DNA of 32,000 nt from Candidatus Kuenenia stuttgartensis (GCF_900232105.1 NZ_LT934425.1:3540001-3572000); one strand, 5' to 3'. Numbered from the stretch's first letter, positions 7,817 to 16,779 are shown. The notes: generated by a model not told the origin, from the sequence alone. A program made the numbers and translations.

Positions 7817-9493
7817 CTACCCGTTTTCCGTATCAGAAGAGACCCTGAGTAGTTCCTCCAGGGTGGTCTCTCCCCTTCGAACCAGATCCAGCCCGTCATC
7901 CCATAACGTTTTTGTCCCTTTTTTCACGGCTTCTTTCATTATTTCACTTGAGTCTTTGTGGGCTAAAACGAGTCTTCGAATGCCTTCATCCACTACAAGA
8001 AACTCTGCAATTGTCCTTCTTCCCTTCAACCCCGTATTATTACAATCATCACACCCCTTTGGGCCATACAGGGGGACGCCTTCTTCTAGCCCAACCGTCT
8101 TGCGGATCTCCGGCCCCGGCATATACAACTCCCGGCATTTCGGGCATAGCCTGCGAACAAGCCTTTGGGCAAGCACGCCAATAAGGCACGATGAAATCAG
8201 GTAATCCTCTACTCCCATATCCATCAACCGGGTAAAGGCAGAAGCCGAATCATTTGTGTGAAGTGTTGAAAACACGAGGTGTCCGGTCAAAGAGGCCTGG
8301 ACAGCGATTGACGCCGTTTCGCGATCCCTGATCTCGCCGATCAAAACAACATCCGGATCATGGCGTAAAATTGAACGCAGCCCTGACGCAAACGTCAGGT
8401 CGATCTGGGGGTTTACCTGTATCTGGTTTACGCCCTGCATACTGTATTCTACCGGATCTTCTACGGTTATTATCTTCACTTCAGGGGAAACGATCTCCTT
8501 GAGAACGGCATACAGTGTGGTTGTCTTTCCGCTTCCTGTTGGGCCTGTCACAAGAAACATGCCTTCCGGCCTGCTGATCAGCCTCCGGAATTTCTTTAAA
8601 AATTCAGGTTGAAATCCCAGCGTTTCCAGATCCAGCATTACGGCAGTACGGTCCAGAATCCTCATTACAATACCTTCGCCATGACTCATAGGGATAATGG
8701 ACACACGTAAATCAATCTCCTTGCCTGCAACCCTCATTCTTATCCTGCCGTCCTGCGGCAGCCGTTTTTCGGCAATATTTAACTTTGCCATAATCTTGAT
8801 ACGTGAAACAATTGAGTTATACAACTCGCGGGGCGGGGGGGCAAGCTCACCCAGGACGCCGTCCACCCGGTAACGCAGCCGGGTATTTCTCTCAAAAACT
8901 TCAATATGTATATCGCTGGCGCCTACTTCAATTGCTTTTGTCAGGATGCTGTTTACCAGGCGGATAACGGGCGCTTCGGAGGCCATATCACGCAATTGTT
9001 CTATGTCTTCCATCATCTCAACAGATGAAGCCATAGCATCTTCCTCTTCTTCGCTCACCCCGGTTTCATAGAGTTTTTCCAGAGAACTAATGATATCTCT
9101 TTCTGTTCCGGCAAAGACCCTTACCTCCCTGCCGGTTGACAATGCAATTGCTTCAATCAGCAGCGTATCCTGCGGATCTGCAAGCGCGATATCTAGTACG
9201 TTTTCATCGAGGCTTAAAGGAAGCACCCGGTTTGTGGTCAAAAACACCTTCGGCACATTTTCCAGCATCGGATATGTATCCGTCTTCTTTTTTTCCCAAA
9301 CCGGTATTTCCAGCAACCTGCTGTATGCGAGGCGCAGGTCTTCTTCTGAAACGGTTCCAAGGTCAATGAGTATACGGCCAAGCTTTTGTCCCGTCTGCTT
9401 CTGCGCTTCAAATGCCCGCTCTAAGTCCTGACGGTTTATCTTGCCTATTTCAAGAAGTACCTCTCCGACATTATTGTCCGTTGCCAACACCAT
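7817..9493 (-). CDS. gspE: Type II secretion / type IV pilus assembly ATPase (GspE/PilB family)
   Basis: 558 aa. N-terminal T2SSE_N/MshEN-like domain, Walker A GPTGSGKTTT, His box TGHLVFSTLHTN, tetracysteine CPKC...CDDC. Confidence 0.9.
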   Translation of the reverse strand: MVLATDNNVGEVLLEIGKINRQDLERAFEAQKQTGQKLGRILIDLGTVSEEDLRLAYSRLLEIPVWEKKKTDTYPMLENVPKVFLTTNRVLPLSLDENVLDIALADPQDTLLIEAIALSTGREVRVFAGTERDIISSLEKLYETGVSEEEEDAMASSVEMMEDIEQLRDMASEAPVIRLVNSILTKAIEVGASDIHIEVFERNTRLRYRVDGVLGELAPPPRELYNSIVSRIKIMAKLNIAEKRLPQDGRIRMRVAGKEIDLRVSIIPMSHGEGIVMRILDRTAVMLDLETLGFQPEFLKKFRRLISRPEGMFLVTGPTGSGKTTTLYAVLKEIVSPEVKIITVEDPVEYSMQGVNQIQVNPQIDLTFASGLRSILRHDPDVVLIGEIRDRETASIAVQASLTGHLVFSTLHTNDSASAFTRLMDMGVEDYLISSCLIGVLAQRLVRRLCPKCRELYMPGPEIRKTVGLEEGVPLYGPKGCDDCNNTGLKGRRTIAEFLVVDEGIRRLVLAHKDSSEIMKEAVKKGTKTLWDDGLDLVRRGETTLEELLRVSSDTENG

Positions 9494-9540
9494 ACTTTAT
9501 TATTCTCTCCTGCAAAAACACCTTTGTGGGCTTAAATTTG

Positions 9541-9735
9541 GTAACACATTAGTTCTTTAAAAAATTTCAATAATAGTGCTGTTTGCCGTGTAGTAGTGTA
9601 GGGACAGTGCATTTGGAATAAAAGATTGCGGCTTGTTCCTCTCTGAGATATCTAAGCCCGCTAAATCCATGCAGTACGACGAGGTTCGTCGTACTGCAAA
9701 TTACAATTTCCAGTTTAAAAATACTAAAGTGTTAC
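9541..9735. mobile_element. MITE-like element, family A termini with a different core (195 bp)
   Basis: Ends are GTAACACATTAGTTCTTTAAAAAATTTC and, as reverse complement, GTAACACTTTAGTATTTTTAAAC. Flanked by TAAATTTG (9533-9540) and CAAATTTG (9736-9743). The core contains GTGTAGGGAC..GCATTTG and the hairpin GCAGTACGACG-AGGT-TCGTCGTACTGC. Confidence 0.6.
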
Positions 9736-9795
9736 CAAATTTGCGGCTTGAACCCTGCATTCATAATGTTGCTTCGCCGCCCTCACCTATGAATG

Positions 9796-10236
9796 CTACT
9801 CCCAGCTTACCACGTCTGCATTTTCACCATCGCCGCCTTCTGCGCCGTCAGCGCCATACGAAATAATGTCATAATCGCCATTCTCTCCCGGATACACATA
9901 TACGTAGTCATTTCCCCACGGGTCTTTAGGAATAAACTTCTTTTTTAAGTAGGGGCCTTTCCAGTTTTCCACTTCGTGCGGCGCCGCAACCAATGCCTCC
10001 ATACCCTCCTCCTGCGTTGGATATCTGGTAGTATCGAGTTTAAACATTTCCAGGGCCGTTGAGAATCCTTCAATCTGTTGTTTTGCCACTGTCTGCCGTG
10101 ATTCACCCACACGGCCAATCATTTTAGGCCCTATCAATGCAGCAAGCAGGCCTATAATAATCATAACTATGAGCAATTCCAACAACGTAAAACCACCATT
10201 TCTCAACAAATACGACCTCATTTTCAATTCTTTCAT
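9796..10236 (-). CDS. gspG: Type II secretion major pseudopilin
   Basis: Prepilin leader and methylation motif (MKELKMRSYLLRNGG/FTLLELLIVMIIIGLLAAL). GspG body: QQIEGFSTALEMFKLDTTRYPTQEEG...WKGPYL...DPWGNDYVY...GADGAEGG. Start uncertain: ATG at 10236 (GGTGAA upstream) or 10221. The track's 10278 is probably too long. Confidence 0.9.
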   Translation of the reverse strand: MKELKMRSYLLRNGGFTLLELLIVMIIIGLLAALIGPKMIGRVGESRQTVAKQQIEGFSTALEMFKLDTTRYPTQEEGMEALVAAPHEVENWKGPYLKKKFIPKDPWGNDYVYVYPGENGDYDIISYGADGAEGGDGENADVVSWE

Positions 10237-10449
10237 TTCACCATACTCCATGTAGTAAAGGTTGTAAAATTGTAACAATACTTCTTTTTGACAAAATATT
10301 TAATGGTAAAATCCGAAATACTAAATACGAAACAAATTCTAATGATAAAGCATAAAATTCAAAACAAATTCAAAATCTGTGTGATCGGTGGTTCCCCTTT
10401 CGTCTTTTCAAAGTATTAATATAATACATTGGCCGTTTAGCGCATGCCA

Positions 10450-11136
10450 TTAATCATCCACATCTTCATCTTCTTCATCGACATCATAGGAATCATCTTC
10501 GTAGTTGTCAAAGGAATCGCTTCTGTTCTCCGCGTGTAATGGGGTCTTTCCCCTTGGTCCTCTACTTGTTAAAACAGCAGAAACTTTCAATGCATTGATC
10601 TTTTGTTCAATTTCTTTATCGGTAATTTCTCCCGGGATTCTTTCATATTTTACGGTCTGTTCCATGTCTTCGCCTAAGCGAAACGTGGCAAGGCCGCCCA
10701 GGGGTTCTATGTGCAAAACCGCAGTCATTTCACCATATGCAAACCCCAATTTCCTGCCGTGGGCAGTGCCGCTCGGATAAAAGGTAAAGACCCTTATTTG
10801 TTCGTCAGCATCCTCAAAATTATCAGAAAACATTTGTATTTCATAGGGGATTTCCAATTTTTCCATGCCTTCACACCATAGATAGCCGTCCAACAGGTCA
10901 AGCACTACTTCCGTTTTTGCCCCCCCGGACATTGCAATAATCCTGGCTTCTCTCAGGGAAAAAACAATGCCGGACATAATCTTCCTGAATTTAATGGTAT
11001 CAAGAGACCCTGTATAGCGGGGAATTGAAATACCGGCAATGATTCCCATAATTACCATAACGATAATAAGTTCGATTAAAGTAAATCCATGCTTTTGCAA
11101 GGAATTCTTATTTGCAAAAAATATATATTTATCCAT
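10450..11136 (-). CDS. GspH/FimT-like minor pseudopilin with an acidic C-terminal tail
   Basis: Prepilin-type N-terminus QKHG/FTLIELIIVMVIMGIIAGISIP, followed by a GspH-like beta domain. The last ~30 aa are DSFDNYEDDSYDVDEEDEDVDD. Confidence 0.6.
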   Translation of the reverse strand: MDKYIFFANKNSLQKHGFTLIELIIVMVIMGIIAGISIPRYTGSLDTIKFRKIMSGIVFSLREARIIAMSGGAKTEVVLDLLDGYLWCEGMEKLEIPYEIQMFSDNFEDADEQIRVFTFYPSGTAHGRKLGFAYGEMTAVLHIEPLGGLATFRLGEDMEQTVKYERIPGEITDKEIEQKINALKVSAVLTSRGPRGKTPLHAENRSDSFDNYEDDSYDVDEEDEDVDD

Positions 11137-11188
11137 ACACGAAATTATGAAATATTAAACAAAATCCAAAATCCCGATTAAAATAACC

Positions 11189-11302
11189 GTAACAGTTTAG
11201 ATTTTTGAAAAAGCAAAAAATGCTCGTTCCCAGTTAGCGACAAGGCATGCTTTGACGCTACCTGGGAACGAGTGGTTTTCTTTCATAGAACTAAAATGTT
11301 AC
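11189..11302. mobile_element. Short MITE-like element, family A termini (114 bp)
   Basis: Left end GTAACAGTTTAGATTTTTGAAAAAG; right end as reverse complement GTAACATTTTAGTTCTATGAAAG. The core is the hairpin CTCGTTCCCAG (11223-11233) / CTGGGAACGAG (11262-11272). Confidence 0.55.
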
Positions 11303-11371
11303 GAAGTCAATATTATACAGCATGCCTAAGCGTTTAAATAGAATTTTTTGATGTTGCCACTCCCTCTTTGG

Positions 11372-11427
11372 CAATCGGCAATCTACAGTCGGCAAATTGC
11401 AGACTGAGGATTGAGGATTGCCGACTG
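11372..11427. repeat. Tandem heptamer array (8 units), CAGTCGG/CAGACTG type
   Basis: CAATCGG CAATCTA CAGTCGG CAAATTG CAGACTG AGGATTG AGGATTG CCGACTG. The outer units are mutually complementary (CAGTCGGCAA / TTGCCGACTG). Confidence 0.9.
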
Positions 11428-11827
11428 TGGTTATAAAAACCTCAACTTATTAAGAAGTTGCCTGTATTTGCCCTGTCGCCCCGCTCACCTTTACGAAACT
11501 GCAACCAAATTGTTTCCATCTGTAACTTTATTGCATTTTTGCTTCTATACCTTGTTATTTTATGTAGTTATGCCTATTGCCATAAATTTAACAGGAAACA
11601 AAAAGGTTACAATATTCTTTGTTCACAGATTGCCTGTTTTAGTTTTTAAAAATTTTATATCTTCTGAATGAAAGCACTTATGAATGTTTTACTGTTCTGT
11701 TTTTTTACAGGCACATCGGTTGCTCTATTCATAAAACAACGAACGCTATCGCAAGAAAACATCTGGCATCACAAGAACAGTGAGAAAAGGTTTAACCATT
11801 TTAGTGCAGGAAACAGAGAGTACACAC

Positions 11828-12244
11828 ATGCTATCGAAAAGAATTCTGATCGTTGATGATGAAGAGGGGTATAGAAAGGTATTATCGAATTCCCTGACGG
11901 ATTTAGGGTTTGAGACAACAGTTGCAGCAAACGGCATGGATGCACTGGAAGAGATGAAAAAGAAAAACTATGCAGTGATATTACTGGACATGAAGATGCC
12001 AGGCATAGATGGAATTGAACTGTTAGAACGCATTCGAAAGGAACAGCTTTTTTCTTCAATAGTGATTATTACAGCATATACGTATGAAGATATTGCAAGG
12101 GAAGCCATTTGTAAGGGTGCAAAAAAGGTAATTAGGAAACCTTTTAGTATGGATGAAATCAAGTCGTGTCTTAATGAATTAATGAAACCGGAAGAGGCCG
12201 GTAAATTTAACATGGAAGAGGTAAAACATGAAGAAATTATTTAA
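11828..12244 (+). CDS. Stand-alone response-regulator receiver (CheY-like)
   Basis: Receiver residues are all present: ILIVDDEEG, VILLDMKMPG (phospho-Asp), IVIITAY, KKVIRKPF. No output domain. Start taken at ATG 11828 (MLSKRILIVDD) rather than the track's 11780. Confidence 0.85.
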   Translation: MLSKRILIVDDEEGYRKVLSNSLTDLGFETTVAANGMDALEEMKKKNYAVILLDMKMPGIDGIELLERIRKEQLFSSIVIITAYTYEDIAREAICKGAKKVIRKPFSMDEIKSCLNELMKPEEAGKFNMEEVKHEEII

Positions 12245-13592
12245 GGAAAGTATATTTATCGTAGCTATCACCCTTGTATTCTTTGGATTATTTCCGCTTT
12301 TGTTGTTTCGCATGTTGGCATTTCCCAATGCGAAGACAGAGCTGGAACAACATGTTCAAAGAAATCTGGAAGACGCATTGTACAAACAAAATGACCTTCT
12401 CTCACGGTTTTGGGAAGAAAGAAGATCGCATGCACGTTCAATTTCTGATGCTATTCAAAGCACAATGTTTATTTATGGTGATGAAGATTTTGTAGGTATT
12501 TTAAGCGGCGGAAATGAACTTGAATATTTACGATTAAGCACGCAACTGGAGTGTACGAAGGCAGATTATGGTTATAAAGGGATTTTTATATGTGATGCGG
12601 CAGGTATTGTACACATAACGACCGCAGACGAAAAGTCACTTAAGGGAACGAATATTATGAAGGAAGACGCCTTTCGGGATGTTCAGGAGACTTTGTACGA
12701 CGGCAAGTCATATATTTCTGGCGTATCACATTTCTCGGTAAATAAAAAAGAAGACACTGAAGAACCTTCGCTGTTCATATCATACCCAATCAAGGGAAAT
12801 CGCCACGATATCATTGGAGCGATTTTCCTTTGGATGAATACTTCCCTGCTGGATACGGCGATGAATAGTTTTGTACTCGGGAAAACAGGTGAAGCCTATT
12901 TGATAAATAAAGAAGGAATTATGATTACACAATCAAGATTTTCCCGTCACCATGGAAATGAGACGAATGATACATGCAAAACGTGTCACATTGTAGAGAA
13001 CCCGGAAACAAAAATGATGACAAAAGGAGTGAAAAGTTGTGTTACGGGAAAGGCTTCCGGCTATAACCTGGAAGGATATCGCGATTATGGAGGAATAAAG
13101 GTCGTTGGCGCATGGCGCTGGCTGAAAGATATGCACATGGGTTTAATGGTGGAGATAGATGCAGATGAGGCATTTAATACAATAAACAATATTAACTCAA
13201 TGATAAAATCTTTCATGATTGTAGTGCTCATTCCCGCAGTTGTTCTTGCCTTTTTATTACACAGAAAAATCAATCTGGGATATATGATAAAAGGTTTGCC
13301 TCTCCCTAAAAAAACCTTGATCGGGACTGCCCTTATTCTTGTTGTGGGATTTATCATAGCGATTTTGGACGGATATCAGTTGAAGAAGGAAAGCGGTTAT
13401 ATCAGAGAACAGGAATACAGAATATCAAATCCCTTTAGTGTACTGGGATCTATTGCCATACTGAGAGAAGAAGGTTTTATAGAAAATAACATTTCAAAGT
13501 TCAGAAAGGAGTATCGTATTAAAAAATCTGAAAATATTTTTCACAATGATAAGAAGGAGAGCGAACTGGTAAAAGGCGGAAATTACCATTAA
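12228..13592 (+). CDS. Membrane protein with a periplasmic Cache-like sensor domain containing CXXCH; no recognisable transmitter domain
   Basis: N-terminal TM helix (IFIVAITLVFFGLFPLLLF). Cache-like stretch ISGVSHF...LFISYPIKG..DIIGAIFLWMNTSLLDTAMNSFVLGKTGEAYLINKEGIMITQSRF. CKTCH at 12975-12989. Two further TM helices, then a ~70-aa tail. No H-box or ATPase motifs. The ATG overlaps the receiver gene by 17 bp. Confidence 0.6.
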   Translation: MKKLFKESIFIVAITLVFFGLFPLLLFRMLAFPNAKTELEQHVQRNLEDALYKQNDLLSRFWEERRSHARSISDAIQSTMFIYGDEDFVGILSGGNELEYLRLSTQLECTKADYGYKGIFICDAAGIVHITTADEKSLKGTNIMKEDAFRDVQETLYDGKSYISGVSHFSVNKKEDTEEPSLFISYPIKGNRHDIIGAIFLWMNTSLLDTAMNSFVLGKTGEAYLINKEGIMITQSRFSRHHGNETNDTCKTCHIVENPETKMMTKGVKSCVTGKASGYNLEGYRDYGGIKVVGAWRWLKDMHMGLMVEIDADEAFNTINNINSMIKSFMIVVLIPAVVLAFLLHRKINLGYMIKGLPLPKKTLIGTALILVVGFIIAILDGYQLKKESGYIREQEYRISNPFSVLGSIAILREEGFIENNISKFRKEYRIKKSENIFHNDKKESELVKGGNYH

Positions 13593-13743
13593 AAAGCGCT
13601 CTCGTTCCGTATAAGGAATGATAGACCTTGTTAGCCATTGATAAATGATATGTCACAAAAAGGCTAAAAAAGCAAATTCGAATAACTACTGTAGATGATA
13701 CAGACCATTTTCAAGACGCTTAATTTTTTGAAAGGAGTTATTT

Positions 13744-14127
13744 ATGACTAACGTTATTTTATCCCCGAGGGAAAAGACAAAAAAAGTTTTAACCGCGGAA
13801 TTTACAAAGGGGTGGTTTGAGTATGAGGCGTCTTACGATGGCGTACTTTTGAATATCGACACTGCGGGAGCAAGGCTTCTTGGCTTTTCGTCTCCGGATG
13901 ACATGCTCGGGAAAAAGATAAATGAATTGTATGCGCATCCCTATGACCATGAAAAGACATTATCTATGCTGTTCAGGGATGGAAAGGTAAACGGTTTTTT
14001 CACCCTGATGAAGGGAATGGACGACAACCTGGTGTTTATAAAACAAAGCAGCACTCTGATTACCGATGAGTATTACCATTTGCCGTTAAAGGTACAAACC
14101 TCTTTCGAGATATCCCATACGCTGTAG
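13744..14127 (+). CDS. Stand-alone PAS-domain protein
   Basis: 127 aa. AAAGGAG Shine-Dalgarno 6 nt upstream. PAS-like core NIDTAGARLLGFSSPDDMLGKKINELYAHPYDHEKTLSMLFRDGKVNGFFTLMKGMDDNLVFIKQSSTLITD. Confidence 0.55.
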   Translation: MTNVILSPREKTKKVLTAEFTKGWFEYEASYDGVLLNIDTAGARLLGFSSPDDMLGKKINELYAHPYDHEKTLSMLFRDGKVNGFFTLMKGMDDNLVFIKQSSTLITDEYYHLPLKVQTSFEISHTL

Positions 14128-14152
14128 TATTTTAAAAGGCTTTTCCATCAAC

Positions 14153-14179
14153 CCTGACAGGGTTTGAAACCTTGTCAGG
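14153..14179 (+). terminator. Possible terminator hairpin after the PAS gene
   Basis: CCTGACAGG (14153-14161) pairs with CCTTGTCAGG (14170-14179), one bulge. The downstream T-tract is weak. Confidence 0.3.
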
Positions 14180-14243
14180 ATTAAAATCACTGCGGTAAAC
14201 ATATAGATTAATTTCATTCATTACATTACCGGGAGTTTTTTTT

Positions 14244-15470
14244 ATGAATGTTTCTGCAAATACACCTGTTGAAGTTGAAGAATTAAAAGGGAACACAAGG
14301 GTGCTTATACTTGCTACGCTTGCCTTTGCGGTAAGTTTTGCCGGATGGTCACTGTTTGCGCCTTTGGCCTCATATTTAAAAGTGGTATTTGATTTATCTT
14401 CAACCGCATTGGGATTGCTGCTTGCCGCACCGGTGTTGCTTGGCTCCATTGTCAGAGTGCCTATTGGTATTTTGACTGATAAATATGGCGGAAGAAAGGT
14501 CTTTAGCGCATTGATGGCGGTGTGTTTTTTCCCTATGTTCATCGCAGGCTTTGCGCATAGCTACCTGTTTTTATTGATATGCGGGTTGTTTTTTGGCGCA
14601 GTCGGGGCGTCTTTTGCCGTTGGTATTCCACAGGTCTCCCAATGGTATCCAAAAGAAAAACAAGGGTTGGCGCTGGGAATTTATGGCATAGGAAATGTCG
14701 GTTCTGCTGCAGCGGTCTTTGGAGCGCCATTTATTGCTGAATCCGTAGGATGGAACAAAGCGTTTATCTTTTATTCCATTCCATTGCTCTTGATGGCTGC
14801 TATTTACTGGTTTTTTTCCGCTGATGCGCCAAAACCTAAAACGGTGAAACCCAAGACCTTGAGCGACCGGCTGAAGGTATATAAATCTTCTCATTTAATA
14901 TGGGTGTTTTCCCTCTTCTATTTCATGACGTTTGGTTTTTTTGTATGCTTTTCGCTTTGGCTGCCTTCTTATCTTAAAGAATCTTACAACATTACACCGG
15001 TAAAGGCGGGCAGCTATGCTTCTGTATTTGTGTTTCTGGCGACTTTTTCAAGGATTTTGGGCGGATACCTGGGAGATATCTTCCATGGGAAACATGTTTT
15101 AACAATTATCTCCTTGTTCCTTATTGGCATACTTATTTATCTGAATCTGAGCAGTTCTCTTGCGCTTACGCTTGTTGTTTTCTATTGCATGGCGGTTTGT
15201 CTGGGCATTGGGAATGGCGTTGTCTTTAAACTGGTAGCGGAATACTTTCCAAAAGAAACAGGCGCCGTAGGTGGCATGGTTGGAGCTGCCGGAGGGCTTG
15301 GAGGATTTTTTCTTCCCATAATTCTTGGCACCATCAGGGATTATACCAACAATAATTCATTAGGATTCATCTTTGTTTCTCTCGTGTGCCTCATGTGCCT
15401 CTCCTTTATGGAAGAAAAGACTTTTATAACAAAGAAGGGCGATGAAATGACGCCCGCCGTGGGACAATAG
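14244..15470 (+). CDS. narK: MFS nitrate/nitrite porter (NNP/NarK family)
   Basis: 408 aa, about 12 TM helices. MFS loop motif GILTDKYGGRKV. NNP-like glycine motifs GIYGIGNVGSAA and GMVGAAGGLGGFFLP. GGGAG then T8 then ATG. Confidence 0.78.
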   Translation: MNVSANTPVEVEELKGNTRVLILATLAFAVSFAGWSLFAPLASYLKVVFDLSSTALGLLLAAPVLLGSIVRVPIGILTDKYGGRKVFSALMAVCFFPMFIAGFAHSYLFLLICGLFFGAVGASFAVGIPQVSQWYPKEKQGLALGIYGIGNVGSAAAVFGAPFIAESVGWNKAFIFYSIPLLLMAAIYWFFSADAPKPKTVKPKTLSDRLKVYKSSHLIWVFSLFYFMTFGFFVCFSLWLPSYLKESYNITPVKAGSYASVFVFLATFSRILGGYLGDIFHGKHVLTIISLFLIGILIYLNLSSSLALTLVVFYCMAVCLGIGNGVVFKLVAEYFPKETGAVGGMVGAAGGLGGFFLPIILGTIRDYTNNNSLGFIFVSLVCLMCLSFMEEKTFITKKGDEMTPAVGQ

Positions 15471-15471
15471 T

Positions 15472-16779
15472 ATGAACATAGTAACGATTGCAACTTATTC
15501 AACCAATACCCGCTGGTTTATTCCCGCTATGGCAACAATGATGATGGCGCTCATATCGTCATCCTACGGGTATAATGAAGCTGCTCCCTATCTTTTTATC
15601 GCCGGAATTACAGCATTTTTTTTAGTGGCGGCCTTTATCACCATGAAGGCCGTATTTTTTTACAGCGAATTTTCACATGACATTCATAGCCCGGAAAAAA
15701 CCAACTATCTCTTTTCAGTGGTGGGGGTTATTGGCCTTGCAGGTGTTTTTTGTTCTAAACTATGGAGCAATTATACCGTTTCCTGGATATTCTTGTATGT
15801 TTCTCTTGCCCTTTGGGTAATTATTACCCTTTTATCTTTCAGCTTTTTGTTTTTGTCCCGCAAATCTGAAGAGCGGAAACTGGAAGAAGTATTGCACGGC
15901 GGATGGTTTTTTATTTGCATAGGTACTCAGGCAACCGCTTTGATGAGTATCATTGCCGCCAAACAGGCAACGAGCCACCTATTCCTTATCCACCTGATTT
16001 CTTTTGGTTTGTGGTCGATAGGGGCGTTTTTATATCTTCTGTTTATAACGTTAATTGTACTCAGGCTCATTTTTTATTCATTCCCCAATAATTCAGAACT
16101 CTCACCCTATTGGATGAATGTAGGAGCCGCTGCGCTTACGGCGCTTACCGGTATTACATTATTTCAGCATATATCAGCCACAGGGGGAACATTTCTTGAT
16201 CTTTTACCTTTTTTAAAAGGGTTTTCATTGTTTTTTTGGTCTGTGGGGCTATGGTGGCTGCCATTATTGAGTATTATGGCGCTGAAAAAACAGGCGTATA
16301 ATGATGACCGCTTCGTGTTTACAGTAGGATATTGGGAGATAGCGCTGTCTCTTGCCTTATATGCGGCTGGAACCAAACAATTAACGGGCATTTTTGCCGG
16401 ACAATACATAGTCGCATTTTCACACTTTCTTCACATTGCCGTTCTTCTTGTGTATGGTTATGCGCTTGTCTCTACCATTACACATCTGGCATTCTCATTA
16501 GTATGGATGCCGGTAAACGACCTTACAATCAGTTGTGTTGTCCCCTATCGTTTCACCTTACAGGGAAAGATCTTCTATGTAACCGGCATTGTAAGTGAAT
16601 GGATGGACAAGAATATTCAGGGCAAGGTTAAAAAGCAATATTATGCAATTGTCAACAATAACCTTAACTGCCTGATTTCCTACGACCTGTTTTCAAAAAA
16701 GTGGTATATTCGCCTGGCGAACGCCGCAATTGACACAAAAGGACAACCACCCATTCAACCGCCAGTTCACAATTCTTAA
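15472..16779 (+). CDS. TehA/Mae1/SLAC1-family (TDT) anion channel/transporter homologue with a ~90-aa C-terminal soluble extension
   Basis: ATG lies 1 nt after the narK stop. About 10 TM helices. Family-like motifs: TRWFIPAMATMMMAL, SPYWMNVGAAALTALTG, FFWSVGLWWLPLL, TVGYWEIALSLALYAAG (compare the TehA motifs PSFYLPAVAANF and GLWAFSFGLASMA). The extension from ~aa 345 is of unknown fold. Confidence 0.7.
   Translation: MNIVTIATYSTNTRWFIPAMATMMMALISSSYGYNEAAPYLFIAGITAFFLVAAFITMKAVFFYSEFSHDIHSPEKTNYLFSVVGVIGLAGVFCSKLWSNYTVSWIFLYVSLALWVIITLLSFSFLFLSRKSEERKLEEVLHGGWFFICIGTQATALMSIIAAKQATSHLFLIHLISFGLWSIGAFLYLLFITLIVLRLIFYSFPNNSELSPYWMNVGAAALTALTGITLFQHISATGGTFLDLLPFLKGFSLFFWSVGLWWLPLLSIMALKKQAYNDDRFVFTVGYWEIALSLALYAAGTKQLTGIFAGQYIVAFSHFLHIAVLLVYGYALVSTITHLAFSLVWMPVNDLTISCVVPYRFTLQGKIFYVTGIVSEWMDKNIQGKVKKQYYAIVNNNLNCLISYDLFSKKWYIRLANAAIDTKGQPPIQPPVHNS

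Noticed and set aside
9633-9866. 77-aa + strand ORF
   Set aside because: It starts inside the family-A element and runs antisense into gspG. There is no ribosome-binding site.
11411-11856. Small ORFs (86, 63 and 62 aa) in the 525-bp spacer between gspH-like and the receiver gene
   Set aside because: These are AT-rich, hydrophobic low-complexity translations with no convincing Shine-Dalgarno and mutually overlapping frames. The first begins inside a heptamer array. I also looked for a sigma54 promoter (TGGCAT at about 11763) but the -12 element is missing.
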